From the IMG/VR virus record IMGVR_UViG_3300039106_000244, positions 32,001 to 96,000 of that record: a stretch of 64,000 bases of DNA. One strand, 5' to 3'. Shown here piece after piece: positions 39,876 to 49,643 of this stretch (positions are counted from its first letter, which is position 1; each line of letters begins with the position of its first letter). The DNA is from a virus. The position numbers and the translations under genes were made by a program. The notes beneath the pieces are model-generated. The model was not told the origin of the DNA, searched no databases, and saw nothing but the letters and a program-made list of their open reading frames with translations.

Positions 39876-42800
39876 TTAAACCGCTCTTGAATATGCATCT
39901 AATGCATTAACGTATGCAGTTTGTGCGGCTTTATTGGCTGCGTCCAATGGCGCATATTTAGCTTGAGCAGTTGCTAACTGAGTTTCTGCTGCAGCCAAGG
40001 ATTGTTGATTATTAGCAATTAATGGGTCAGCTTCAGCTTGTGTTAGTACTCCCCGTGCTACTCTGTCAGGGTATCTATCGAGGTTAGCACGTATGGTTTC
40101 AATTCTAGATTGAATTTGCATAACTGCATCTAACGCAGTATTTGCTGCAGATTGTGCTTGATCTCTTGCAGCTCTAGCTTGATCAGCTGTAGCCTTTAAT
40201 GCTAATTTAGCATCACTCATTGGAGCTACACTCGGTGGTGGAACAGCAATCGGTTCTGTTTGTGTAGTTATTGCAGTTTCTGGTGCTGTTGCATCAACTT
40301 TAGCCAACTCTTTCTCTTCAGCAGTTTGTAGTGGAGCCACAGTGTCAGCAACTGGCGCACTACCGGGTGCCTTATCATCACCTGTTGTTTTTGTTGAGAA
40401 GTCTGGACTATCTTTTGCAACATCTGCATTAGTTAATAATGGAGTAGCAGCAGTCACTTCTCGATTAGTATCAACAATTGAGCTATCAGTTGGTTCAAGC
40501 GATGATTGACGAGGTAAACGAACCATATCTATAACTTGTTCAAATTTTCCGCCTGTAAAAGTACTCGATACTGTAAGCACACGATACATACCCGAAAACA
40601 AACTTGTTTTATATTTAGGATCAAAATTCATCATGCCTGTGGATTCATTGATATCGACTGGGCTCTTAACTGTTACTTGAACATATATTTCACCTTGGTC
40701 CATGTGTAAACTTCCGTTTGCAATTAGTCGCGGATCTATCCCTGTAGAATCAACCTGATCCGATACCTTAGTTAGTATCGGCGGATAAAATACATCGTCC
40801 TGTTTGATATATTGCGGATCACCAATTATTCTTAATTTTGCTTGTAGCATGTCACCACCGGCTGTTGTATATAACGATGATTCAACGTCAGCTAGTGATA
40901 TTGCTTCTACTGTTACAGCACCACCAGTGGCATGCCGTTGAGTGTCTGCTATTTTAGATTTTATTCCAGATGGTGCAATTGAATTTGCTTGCTGTGTTTC
41001 TTGTGAGAGCGGAGCATTTTTGGTTTCATCTATATTTAAATTTTGTGTCTTAGACATATTTTCTCTATATGCCGTCATTGCAGTATAATATAATGCGTTA
41101 AACTCAACATTAAAATCGAGTACATCATTATTTTTTCCGGTATACCAATAATTATGTACTTTACAAGGGTTAGTCCAAACCCCTTGAGGAGCATCGGGTA
41201 TTTTTGTATTATATACCGTGTATGGCAATATATGGTATGTAATTTCTCGTGACCACGTTTCTTGTTTTATATTATAGTCTAATAATTTTACAGTTGGAAC
41301 AACTTTATACCATTTCAATGGTTCAGCACTTTTCTTATTAAGATATTCTTTATATGCCTTGCCGTCGCCACCAAACGCCGATGCTGGTTTTACTTGTCCT
41401 TGTAAATAATGAGTGTGACGCATTGCAAATGAAATAACCTGATCTATACTTGTACCGGTATTAATTGCAAATACGCGAACATTATGCTCAAGTAATGTAC
41501 CTTCACTGCCGCGGATCGATAGTCTGTTCTCTTCACTTGCCATTGGAGTTTGAGCTGAACTTAATGTTTCAGAATTAAGATTAAATCCGCCTTCTTTTTT
41601 AATATCATCGTGAATTTTAAAATAATACTTGTCCATGATTGTAGTCGAATCTTTAGCAGCTAAATCTGCATAATATGCATTAATTGCGCCGCTGTATGAT
41701 TTTACTTTATAAATTGCATCTTTGCCTAGTATAACGTCAGTCGTTTCTTTACTCACTAATAGTGACGGGGCATACGTTAATTGTCCATCTGGTCCTATTA
41801 GATTACCCGTGCGTCCAGCTATAGTGGCAATTCCTCGACCATTGGCGCCGGCTGTGGGCGCTGCACGTAAAATAGTCGATGCTTTTAATTCTCGATTTGC
41901 TTTTAACTGGGCGGCTAGATTTTCTTCCTCATTGCTTTTGAAAAAACTTTCAATATCGCCGGCTGTTATTTCAAAGTTAGCTGGTGTAGTAACTGTTGAT
42001 AAATTCCATGCAGAATGGCTATACGGGCATGCTTCCATTTGATATTCTGCACCTTTTGCAGATGCTTTTATATCCATTTTTAATATCTGAATTGGAATCC
42101 GTTTTGTATGATCTGGTATAATACCAACAATTTCACCAGCATCATTTGTACCAAAGAAATCAATCTGTAACATATAAGGTTGTGCGATATAATTCACCGA
42201 TCCAATATCGTGTGCGAGATCAATTATACGATTAAGCAACGTAATACCATACGGTTCAATAATCGAAAATTTAAGATTTATTGCATTAGTAGCACGTGAA
42301 TGGTCATTTAATCCAATTACTGTAGTCATGTCGAGATGTTCGAAGTAAAAATCATCAGCAAAAAATGGTGCACGTTTAAACATTGACATACCATTATCAT
42401 TATTATATCGGCCTGCACTTGCTATAATAACCCGATTTGATTGATAAGTTTTATTGTTTTCCATCATTTTATTATATTCATCAATAGTCATCATAGCTAA
42501 ACTTAATCCATATGTATACAATGGATAAGCAAGTAACGGATTAGGTAACGGTGGTCTTTTTTTATTAGTTTCTGTATTTGCTTTTATTGGTTCGCTATGT
42601 GCAACTTCGGATGCGGTTGATGTAGCTGTATCTACTACTGCTGGTGGGTTGTTTGCTATTCTTGCATCTTCGGTTTTTGAAACTTTAGGCACTCTCGACA
42701 GTGCTTCATTTTGCTGTGCTCTAAGTTTCTCAAATTCATTTTGAAATTGCGATTGGTTTATTTTTCCACTGTTTAAATCATTTGCTAGATTAACCTGATA

Positions 42801-42911
42801 TTGTGTATATTGTTGATTAATTCGGTCAGCTGATCCAGCTGCCGGCGGCGGAGTAGATGCCAATTTATTTGCGGCAGTATCTTGCGTTTGCGGTGGTTTT
42901 ACTAAGGCCAT
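39876..42911 (-). CDS. Baseplate hub-like virion protein with C-terminal coiled coil
   Basis: Lies between gp53-like and gp5; FSIIEPYG, IIGDPQYI, FSGMYRVLTVSSTFTGGKFEQ hub-like motifs. Confidence 0.6.
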   Translation of the reverse strand: MALVKPPQTQDTAANKLASTPPPAAGSADRINQQYTQYQVNLANDLNSGKINQSQFQNEFEKLRAQQNEALSRVPKVSKTEDARIANNPPAVVDTATSTASEVAHSEPIKANTETNKKRPPLPNPLLAYPLYTYGLSLAMMTIDEYNKMMENNKTYQSNRVIIASAGRYNNDNGMSMFKRAPFFADDFYFEHLDMTTVIGLNDHSRATNAINLKFSIIEPYGITLLNRIIDLAHDIGSVNYIAQPYMLQIDFFGTNDAGEIVGIIPDHTKRIPIQILKMDIKASAKGAEYQMEACPYSHSAWNLSTVTTPANFEITAGDIESFFKSNEEENLAAQLKANRELKASTILRAAPTAGANGRGIATIAGRTGNLIGPDGQLTYAPSLLVSKETTDVILGKDAIYKVKSYSGAINAYYADLAAKDSTTIMDKYYFKIHDDIKKEGGFNLNSETLSSAQTPMASEENRLSIRGSEGTLLEHNVRVFAINTGTSIDQVISFAMRHTHYLQGQVKPASAFGGDGKAYKEYLNKKSAEPLKWYKVVPTVKLLDYNIKQETWSREITYHILPYTVYNTKIPDAPQGVWTNPCKVHNYWYTGKNNDVLDFNVEFNALYYTAMTAYRENMSKTQNLNIDETKNAPLSQETQQANSIAPSGIKSKIADTQRHATGGAVTVEAISLADVESSLYTTAGGDMLQAKLRIIGDPQYIKQDDVFYPPILTKVSDQVDSTGIDPRLIANGSLHMDQGEIYVQVTVKSPVDINESTGMMNFDPKYKTSLFSGMYRVLTVSSTFTGGKFEQVIDMVRLPRQSSLEPTDSSIVDTNREVTAATPLLTNADVAKDSPDFSTKTTGDDKAPGSAPVADTVAPLQTAEEKELAKVDATAPETAITTQTEPIAVPPPSVAPMSDAKLALKATADQARAARDQAQSAANTALDAVMQIQSRIETIRANLDRYPDRVARGVLTQAEADPLIANNQQSLAAAETQLATAQAKYAPLDAANKAAQTAYVNALDAYSRAV

Positions 42912-42914
42912 CTA

Positions 42915-43220
42915 CTATAACCCCAATGCTGCTATAATAGTTTCTTTTTTAGGAATGAATATTGTTGTGCCTGGTAAGAAATCGAACACCGGGTCTTGTA
43001 TAGTGTTAGGATTGCGCATGGCAAATACCCACCATAACGCACTGTCACCGTATAGGTCATAGGCTAATAAGTCCGGGCGATGTTTATATGTTGCGGCAAT
43101 TCTATATACTACATCAGCGGCCAATGCCGGTATATCTCTAAATGTTGTGACATCTAAAAAGAATCCATAAGTTTCTGTTTTACTATATGGGCTTGTTTGA
43201 CTATATTTAACTGCTGACAT
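42915..43220 (-). CDS. gp53: Baseplate wedge protein (gp53/LysM-like)
   Basis: YKHRPDLLAYDLYGDSALWWVF..NP..DP..IFIP. Confidence 0.75.
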   Translation of the reverse strand: MSAVKYSQTSPYSKTETYGFFLDVTTFRDIPALAADVVYRIAATYKHRPDLLAYDLYGDSALWWVFAMRNPNTIQDPVFDFLPGTTIFIPKKETIIAALGL

Positions 43221-44368
43221 TATATGAATCCTCCTGTGGTAGCAGTTTGTATTAATTTACCTGCTGCAAATGAATCAAGATTGAAATTATCATGTACATT
43301 TTTACGACTGTAGACCGGTTTTAATGTAACCATTATTGTACTCGATGCTGGCACTCGTGTCGATGATGTTACTGCTTTAGTAGGTGCAGTTGTTGGTTTA
43401 CCGGGTACATTAAAATTAGGCCCAATACGCGACCCATTACCTAAAGAATCATTGACTGCACTTATGTTTGGTGCAGTCAATGTTGTTGTTACAACTGGAA
43501 TTTGTATATAATCAACTTCATTTGACATAGTATGTGTAAAGTTAGTTATGACACAAGGCACATGAGGGAAATAATGACTGCCGTAACCATCTAAGAATAC
43601 AATAGGCGGTGGATTTCCTGCATTTGCTCCTTGCCCAAAAAACATTTTTGTAGCTGCTCTAAAAAAGTATATTGCCGCAAGTAAATATTTTCCTTCATCG
43701 ATACCTTGAACAGTAAAATCACCAGTTAATGTAATATCACTTACTTCACTATTGTTATAAAATTGCTGTGAATAGTTACTATGTGTTGGTGAAGTCGGAG
43801 TATAATTAGCAACATGCGACATTTGTATACTTGGTGTATACGGAAAGATTACACCATTTGTATCTTTAAGAGGATCCATTAACGTATTTGCGCCGGCTCC
43901 GGTTGCTTTATAAAATATATTAGCACCAGCGGCTAAACTTATGCGTATTCTCCAATCATCTTCTGATGGTGCTCCACTTCCAGAAGTGTTTGCATCTTGT
44001 ATTGCAATTGATGGTACGCTTTGTGTTCCGGATGTCGCTGCATTTGGGGGTAATAGAAGTCTTCTCGCATCTGCTGAATCATACGATGCACCACCTTGTC
44101 CATTATTTGGATCATTGTCGTATGTTCCAGCAACATATCCGCCACGAGAATCATATGATCCGGCTAGCGCACTACCTTGGTCATAATTTTGTGATTTAAA
44201 TGAGTCGCCACCAATTGATGTTGCGCCAGTTAAATAGGCACTAGGACTACTAGGATTATATCCTCCGCCATTGCTTAATGCTTGGTCACCAGTTGGCTTT
44301 AGAGCAAAATTAGGAGCAGTTCCGCTAGTATTATCAAATATAGGTGCATCTGTAGGATTTAGAGCCAT
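43220..44368 (-). CDS. Tail tube initiator/baseplate-tube junction-like protein with low-complexity N-terminus
   Basis: GVIFPYTPSI, YNNSEVSDI, GNPPPIVFLDGYG..VPCVITNF; context. Confidence 0.55.
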   Translation of the reverse strand: MALNPTDAPIFDNTSGTAPNFALKPTGDQALSNGGGYNPSSPSAYLTGATSIGGDSFKSQNYDQGSALAGSYDSRGGYVAGTYDNDPNNGQGGASYDSADARRLLLPPNAATSGTQSVPSIAIQDANTSGSGAPSEDDWRIRISLAAGANIFYKATGAGANTLMDPLKDTNGVIFPYTPSIQMSHVANYTPTSPTHSNYSQQFYNNSEVSDITLTGDFTVQGIDEGKYLLAAIYFFRAATKMFFGQGANAGNPPPIVFLDGYGSHYFPHVPCVITNFTHTMSNEVDYIQIPVVTTTLTAPNISAVNDSLGNGSRIGPNFNVPGKPTTAPTKAVTSSTRVPASSTIMVTLKPVYSRKNVHDNFNLDSFAAGKLIQTATTGGFI

Positions 44369-44440
44369 AGTAAAAACCTCTTTTATAGTGTATTTATTGC
44401 CGGAGAAATAGTAGCCGTTAAAGATTACCGCATAAATAGG

Positions 44441-44470
44441 TTGTATAGCGCAATGCTGTTATGTTATACT
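44441..44470 (+). promoter_or_regulatory. Putative sigma70 promoter (extended -10) for gp55
   Basis: TTGTAT-N18-TATACT with TG at the extended -10 position. Confidence 0.5.
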
Positions 44471-44490
44471 AATTAAAAGGAACCAATACT

Positions 44491-45384
44491 GTGGCTCGCA
44501 AACTTAATTACCTTAATAATAAAGATATATTAAAAGAAATCGCAAAAAGTAAATTAGCATATTGTAGTTTTATCAATAAAGAAGTAACTAGTTATGATGC
44601 AATTATATCTAGTGTTAGTGCAATTACCAAAAAATCAATAGCAGAAGCAAGGGCAACACGTGCAACCAGGTTAGCAAAAGAAGCACAAGAAGCCGAACTG
44701 TTACTAGGCAACAAACGCAAATTAGATGAATTTGCAATCCCTGTAGAAAATATCCCAGTTACTGACATTGTATTTCGTGTTATGACGTGGGAGCATATAC
44801 CAATCGATGAAGTTAAACAGAAAAAATCCGATGCTAAAGCACAAGAAGCATACGACGAAGACTTATTTGAAACTGAATATGATGAACCCGCTGTTAAAGT
44901 TAAAGGTGCTACTAAGTACGTTAAACTAAATTTTCCTCCATTCTTTCATTATTCAGTAACTGAAGACTTAACTCCAGTTATTGTTGGCAAAAGTCATTGG
45001 AAGGGTGATTTAGAAACTGGTAAGTTCAGTAGAGATCACGGACAGATGACTGCTAAGTTAGCTCATATGTTTGTTAAACTATGTGAACGCTATGCTACAC
45101 GTAGTAACTGGCGTGGTTATACATACAATGACGAAATGCGTTCACAAGCATTACTTCAATTAAGTCAGATCGGGCTACAGTTCGATGAAAGTAAATCAGA
45201 CAATCCATTTGCTTATTACACAGCCGCAATTACAAATAGCTTTACTCGTGTATTAAACATCGAAAAGCGTAATCAAAACATCCGTGATGATATCTTAGAG
45301 ATGAATAACTATGCACCTAGCTACACACGTCAGAATCAAGGTGGTGGCAGTTGGGGTGGTGGTGGACACGGAGCAGACGAGTAA
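44491..45384 (+). CDS. gp55: Late-transcription sigma factor (T4 gp55-like)
   Basis: NYLNNKDILKEI, NWRGYTYNDEM, FDESKSDNPFAYYT..NSF.R.LNIEK; directly upstream of gp47/gp46. Confidence 0.85.
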   Translation: MARKLNYLNNKDILKEIAKSKLAYCSFINKEVTSYDAIISSVSAITKKSIAEARATRATRLAKEAQEAELLLGNKRKLDEFAIPVENIPVTDIVFRVMTWEHIPIDEVKQKKSDAKAQEAYDEDLFETEYDEPAVKVKGATKYVKLNFPPFFHYSVTEDLTPVIVGKSHWKGDLETGKFSRDHGQMTAKLAHMFVKLCERYATRSNWRGYTYNDEMRSQALLQLSQIGLQFDESKSDNPFAYYTAAITNSFTRVLNIEKRNQNIRDDILEMNNYAPSYTRQNQGGGSWGGGGHGADE

Positions 45385-45401
45385 TTTGGCAATATTTTCT
45401 T

Positions 45402-45431
45402 TTGACTTCACTGGGTTAAGTATTATACACT
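45402..45431 (+). promoter_or_regulatory. Putative sigma70 promoter for gp47
   Basis: TTGACT-N18-TACACT, ending 6 nt before the ATG. Confidence 0.45.
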
Positions 45432-45437
45432 AATTAT

Positions 45438-46454
45438 ATGGCAAATTTATTTAAAAAAGCAGCGATTCTGACTGACGTGCATTTTGGCTTAAAGTCAAAT
45501 AGTCAAACACATAATGATGATTGTTTAAACTTTGTTAAGTGGTTTATTAGCAAAGCTAAAGAAGAAGGTTGTGATGTTTGCTTTATGTTAGGTGACTGGC
45601 ATAATAATCGAGCGGCAATTAATATCATCACGTTAAACTACAGTCTAACAGCGTTAGAGTTGTTGGGCAAAGCGTTTGAACGTGTTATATTCATTCCGGG
45701 CAATCACGACCTATACTATAGAGATAAGCGTGATATACAGTCAGCTGAGTGGGCGCGACATATTCCTAACATCGAAATTATCAATGACTTCTATCAAGAG
45801 GGTGATGTAAGCATAGTCCCTTGGCTAGTAGGTGACGATCATAAGAAGATACAAAAGATTAATGCAAAATATATGTTTGGGCACTTTGAGTTACCGGGCT
45901 ACTATATGAACGCCATGGTGCAGATGCCAGAACACGGTGAAATCAGACGTGAAGACTTTGGACACATTGATCATGTCTATAGCGGACACTTCCATAAACG
46001 TCAAACTGGTAAGAACATTACCTACGTTGGTAATGCATTCCCACACAACTATGCAGACGCAGGTGATGACGAACGTGGCATGATGATATTAGAGTGGGGC
46101 AATGAGCCAACGTTTCATGCCTGGCCTGACCAACCAAAGTATCGTGTGTATACATTAAGTGGTATACTGCAAAACCCGGATACTTTATTGCAAAAGGGCA
46201 TGCACTGTCGAGTAAACATTGATGTGGATATTTCATACGAAGAAGCAACCTTTATTAAAGAAACATTTGTAGGTACATACAATTTGCGTGAGCTTACACT
46301 AATACCAGTTAAGCATACCGATGTTGGTACAGATATTATGCTAGGTAATATTCAATTCGAAAGTATCGATACTATCGTAACAAGTCAACTAACAGCTATT
46401 AATAGTGATCATTATAATCCAGTATTGTTATTAGATATCTATAGGAATCTATGA
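45438..46454 (+). CDS. gp47: Recombination endonuclease subunit (Mre11/SbcD, T4 gp47)
   Basis: DVHFG, LGDWH, GNHD, GHF, SGHFH metallophosphoesterase motifs. Confidence 0.92.
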   Translation: MANLFKKAAILTDVHFGLKSNSQTHNDDCLNFVKWFISKAKEEGCDVCFMLGDWHNNRAAINIITLNYSLTALELLGKAFERVIFIPGNHDLYYRDKRDIQSAEWARHIPNIEIINDFYQEGDVSIVPWLVGDDHKKIQKINAKYMFGHFELPGYYMNAMVQMPEHGEIRREDFGHIDHVYSGHFHKRQTGKNITYVGNAFPHNYADAGDDERGMMILEWGNEPTFHAWPDQPKYRVYTLSGILQNPDTLLQKGMHCRVNIDVDISYEEATFIKETFVGTYNLRELTLIPVKHTDVGTDIMLGNIQFESIDTIVTSQLTAINSDHYNPVLLLDIYRNL

Positions 46455-47161
46455 AGATATATGCAAATGGTTGTAGTTTTACCTACGGAGATGATTTAAT
46501 CTCACCATTGCAATCTGCATGGCCATCTTTATTAGCCGATAAATTAAGTGGAATAATTACAAACGATGCAGTTAGCGGTGGTACAAATAGTAGAACTATG
46601 TATCGTACAATTAAAAATATCCAATATGATTACGATTTATACTTAATTGCATGGACTACATATTCAAGATTTACATTTTATAAAAGCGATAATAATTTTG
46701 AAACAAATTTTAATCCACAGTTAATACATCGTTTATATTCAAATAAACATTTTTACACAACATGGGGTAATACATTATATAAACATTGGTATAATGAATT
46801 ATACGCCTTTAAATTATGGTTGCAACAAATTATACAGCTACAATCATTATTAAGTAATAAAAATTATATCATGATTAATACTATGAATAATAATATCGCG
46901 AGATGGACTGTTGATAAAGAATTATTCAATGAATCAGTTAAGTCATTGATTAATTTTGATATTATGAAAGATGAACAAATACTTGCTGAATTTGAAGAAA
47001 TACAATATTATATAAGTATCATAGATTTTTCTAAGTTTTACAAATGGAACGGATTCTATATAACCCAATTATGTTCACAATTTAAGTGCGGTCCCACTGG
47101 ACACATATTAGAAGATGGACATGCTCATTTAGCGGAATTAATATACAAACATGTCATTTAA
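46451..47161 (+). CDS. SGNH-like protein inserted between gp47 and gp46
   Basis: YANGCSFTYG, AVSGGTN, AWT..SR, GHILEDGH; very AT-rich. Confidence 0.65.
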   Translation: MKIYANGCSFTYGDDLISPLQSAWPSLLADKLSGIITNDAVSGGTNSRTMYRTIKNIQYDYDLYLIAWTTYSRFTFYKSDNNFETNFNPQLIHRLYSNKHFYTTWGNTLYKHWYNELYAFKLWLQQIIQLQSLLSNKNYIMINTMNNNIARWTVDKELFNESVKSLINFDIMKDEQILAEFEEIQYYISIIDFSKFYKWNGFYITQLCSQFKCGPTGHILEDGHAHLAELIYKHVI

Positions 47162-48923
47162 AATAAAAAATCTCACGGTGAAAAATTTCATGAGCGTTGG
47201 TAATGCCACGCAGGCAGTGGACTTTGATCGCAACGATCTCACGTTAGTGTTAGGCGTTAACGTTGACTTAGGCGGAGATGATAGTGGTGCACGTAACGGT
47301 ACTGGTAAAACAACTATCATTAATGCACTAAGCTATAGTTTGTTTGGGCAGGCGTTAACTAATATTAAACGTGATAACTTAATTAATAAAACCAATGGTA
47401 AAAACATGTTAGTTACTGTTGAGTTCGAGCATAACGGGCAAGACTATAAGATTGAACGTGGGCGTAAGCCAAACGTAATGAAGTTTTACGTAGGTGACGA
47501 AGAAAAAGAAATTACAGATGAGAGTCAAGGCGATAGTAGAGAAACACAAGCTGAGATTGAACGCTTGTTAAGCATGTCGCACAATATGTTCAAACACATT
47601 GTTGCGCTTAATACATATACCGAGCCATTCTTAAGTCTTAAATCTAATGATCAGCGTGAGATTATCGAGCAGTTACTTGGTATTACTGTGTTAAGCGAAA
47701 AAGCAGAAAAACTTAAAGAGCTAGGTCGTGCTACTAAAGAAGCAATTCAGCAAGAAGAATACAAAATTAAGGCGATTGCAGACGCAAATGAGCGTATTAA
47801 AGAGCAAATTGAGAGCTTAAAACGTCGACAAACTATGTGGACTACTAAGCACACAGATGACACAGTAAAACTACAAAATGCATTAACAGAGTTGCTTAAA
47901 ATTGATATCGAACAAGAGCTCGTGGCACACAAAGGGCTTACTGCATACAATCAAAAGCGTAAAGATATTGCCGATTTAACTACAGCATTAACTCGCGCAC
48001 GTGCAGATCAAGAACGTGAACGCAAACGTGCAGACAAGTTAACCGCAGAAATAGCTACGCTAGAAAGCCATCAATGTCATACGTGCGGACAAGCATTCCA
48101 CGATGATAAGCACGAAGCTGTCTTAACTGCTAAGAAAGTTGAACTCAGCGATGCTACTATATCATTCGAAGCACACGGTGCTACTATTGCAGATTTAGAG
48201 TTTGCACTCACTGAGTTAGGTGTATTAGGTGCGCAACCAAAAGTCTTTTACGATAAAGAAGCAGATGCGTTTCATCATAAGGGTTCTATTACAAGTTTAG
48301 AAACACAGTTAGCAACTAAAACCGCAGAAGTCGACCCGTATGCCGAACAGATTGAAGAGATGACGCATACTGCTATGGCGGACACTGATTATACTACAAT
48401 GAATGAGCTTGTTAAGTTAAAGGAACATCAAGACTTCTTGTTAAAACTATTAACTAACAAAGATAGCTTTATCCGTAAACGTATTATTGATCAAAACTTG
48501 TCGCATTTGAATGCACGATTAAGTCAATACTTAGATCGTATCGGCTTACCGCACACAGTAACGTTCTTAAATGATTTAAGCGTTGAAATTACAGAACTAG
48601 GGCGTGAGTTAGACTTTGATAACTTGTCACGTGGAGAACGTAATCGCTTGATACTAAGTTTAAGTTGGGCGTTCCGTGATGTATGGGAGAGTTTATACAA
48701 TCCAATCAACTTATTGTTTATCGACGAACTTATCGACAGTGGTATGGACAGTAGCGGAGTTGAAAGTTCATTGGGCATACTTAAAAAGATGTCACGTGAG
48801 CATGAAAAAAGTATTTGGCTTGTATCGCACAAAGACGAACTTGCAGGGCGAGTTAACAATATTATGACAGTAACAAAAGAGAACGGGTTTACCTCATATA
48901 GTACAGACGTAGAAGTAATTTAA
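47151..48923 (+). CDS. gp46: Recombination ATPase subunit (Rad50/SbcC, T4 gp46)
   Basis: KNFMSVGN, Walker A NGTGKTT, CHTC zinc hook, LSRGE signature, LFIDE Walker B, VSH. Confidence 0.92.
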   Translation: MSFKIKNLTVKNFMSVGNATQAVDFDRNDLTLVLGVNVDLGGDDSGARNGTGKTTIINALSYSLFGQALTNIKRDNLINKTNGKNMLVTVEFEHNGQDYKIERGRKPNVMKFYVGDEEKEITDESQGDSRETQAEIERLLSMSHNMFKHIVALNTYTEPFLSLKSNDQREIIEQLLGITVLSEKAEKLKELGRATKEAIQQEEYKIKAIADANERIKEQIESLKRRQTMWTTKHTDDTVKLQNALTELLKIDIEQELVAHKGLTAYNQKRKDIADLTTALTRARADQERERKRADKLTAEIATLESHQCHTCGQAFHDDKHEAVLTAKKVELSDATISFEAHGATIADLEFALTELGVLGAQPKVFYDKEADAFHHKGSITSLETQLATKTAEVDPYAEQIEEMTHTAMADTDYTTMNELVKLKEHQDFLLKLLTNKDSFIRKRIIDQNLSHLNARLSQYLDRIGLPHTVTFLNDLSVEITELGRELDFDNLSRGERNRLILSLSWAFRDVWESLYNPINLLFIDELIDSGMDSSGVESSLGILKKMSREHEKSIWLVSHKDELAGRVNNIMTVTKENGFTSYSTDVEVI

Positions 48924-48978
48924 TTTACCACCCACCGTACGGTGGTTAAATACACATAACAACAAGGAGAAGTAAAAC

Positions 48979-49164
48979 ATGTCAATTCATGAAGAAATTT
49001 TGGCGGCAGTAGAATTATACGTTTCAGAATCAGAAAAATTTGAAGTTAAGGGTGTTAAGGCTGCAGCGGCACGTGCTCGTGGTGCATTAGGCGATTTAGG
49101 TAAGTTAACTAAAGCTCGTCGTGCAGAAATTCAAGACAAGAAAAATAGTTTAGCTGCAAAATAA
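48979..49164 (+). CDS. Small histone H1-like (Hc1-type) DNA-binding protein
   Basis: EKFEVKGVKAAAARARGAL..L.K..R.EIQ pattern; strong SD AAGGAG. Confidence 0.65.
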   Translation: MSIHEEILAAVELYVSESEKFEVKGVKAAAARARGALGDLGKLTKARRAEIQDKKNSLAAK

Positions 49165-49171
49165 ATAACGT

Positions 49172-49612
49172 ATGACATACGAATTTCCCTGGATCTATAA
49201 TGGTACACTTTTTGATTCAGGGGATATCGGTGAATATTACGGCTTCATTTATAGAATAACAAATCTCACAAACGGACACGATTACGTGGGCCGCAAATAT
49301 TTTAAAACTATTAAAAAAAGACCACCATTAAAAGGCAAGAAGAACAAACGTCTAGAAACAATCGAAACTGATTGGAAAGATTATTGGGGTTCATCAAGTC
49401 GGTTAGTAGCAGATATATTAGAACTAGGCAAGGAACAGTTTAAACGCGAAATTATACATCTATGTAGCAGTCGCGGAGAAACTAATTATATGGAAGCGCA
49501 TTATCAATTTAAGGAAGAAGTACTGTTAAGAGAAGATAACTATAATGGTATTATACAACTTAAACTAGGTAAAAACTCCGTTAAAGATGTAAAGATTAAT
49601 AAAACTAGTTGA
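49172..49612 (+). CDS. GIY-YIG family nuclease (catalytic domain only)
   Basis: GFIYRITNLTNGHDYVGRK, WKDYWGSS, FKREI, E and YN motifs. Confidence 0.8.
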   Translation: MTYEFPWIYNGTLFDSGDIGEYYGFIYRITNLTNGHDYVGRKYFKTIKKRPPLKGKKNKRLETIETDWKDYWGSSSRLVADILELGKEQFKREIIHLCSSRGETNYMEAHYQFKEEVLLREDNYNGIIQLKLGKNSVKDVKINKTS

Positions 49613-49637
49613 CCAATAACATTAAACGTATTACAAT
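49609..49637 (+). promoter_or_regulatory. Sigma70 promoter TTGACC-N17-TACAAT
   Basis: Near-consensus elements with 17-nt spacing and no downstream ORF on this strand. Confidence 0.65.
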
Positions 49638-49643
49638 AAACAC

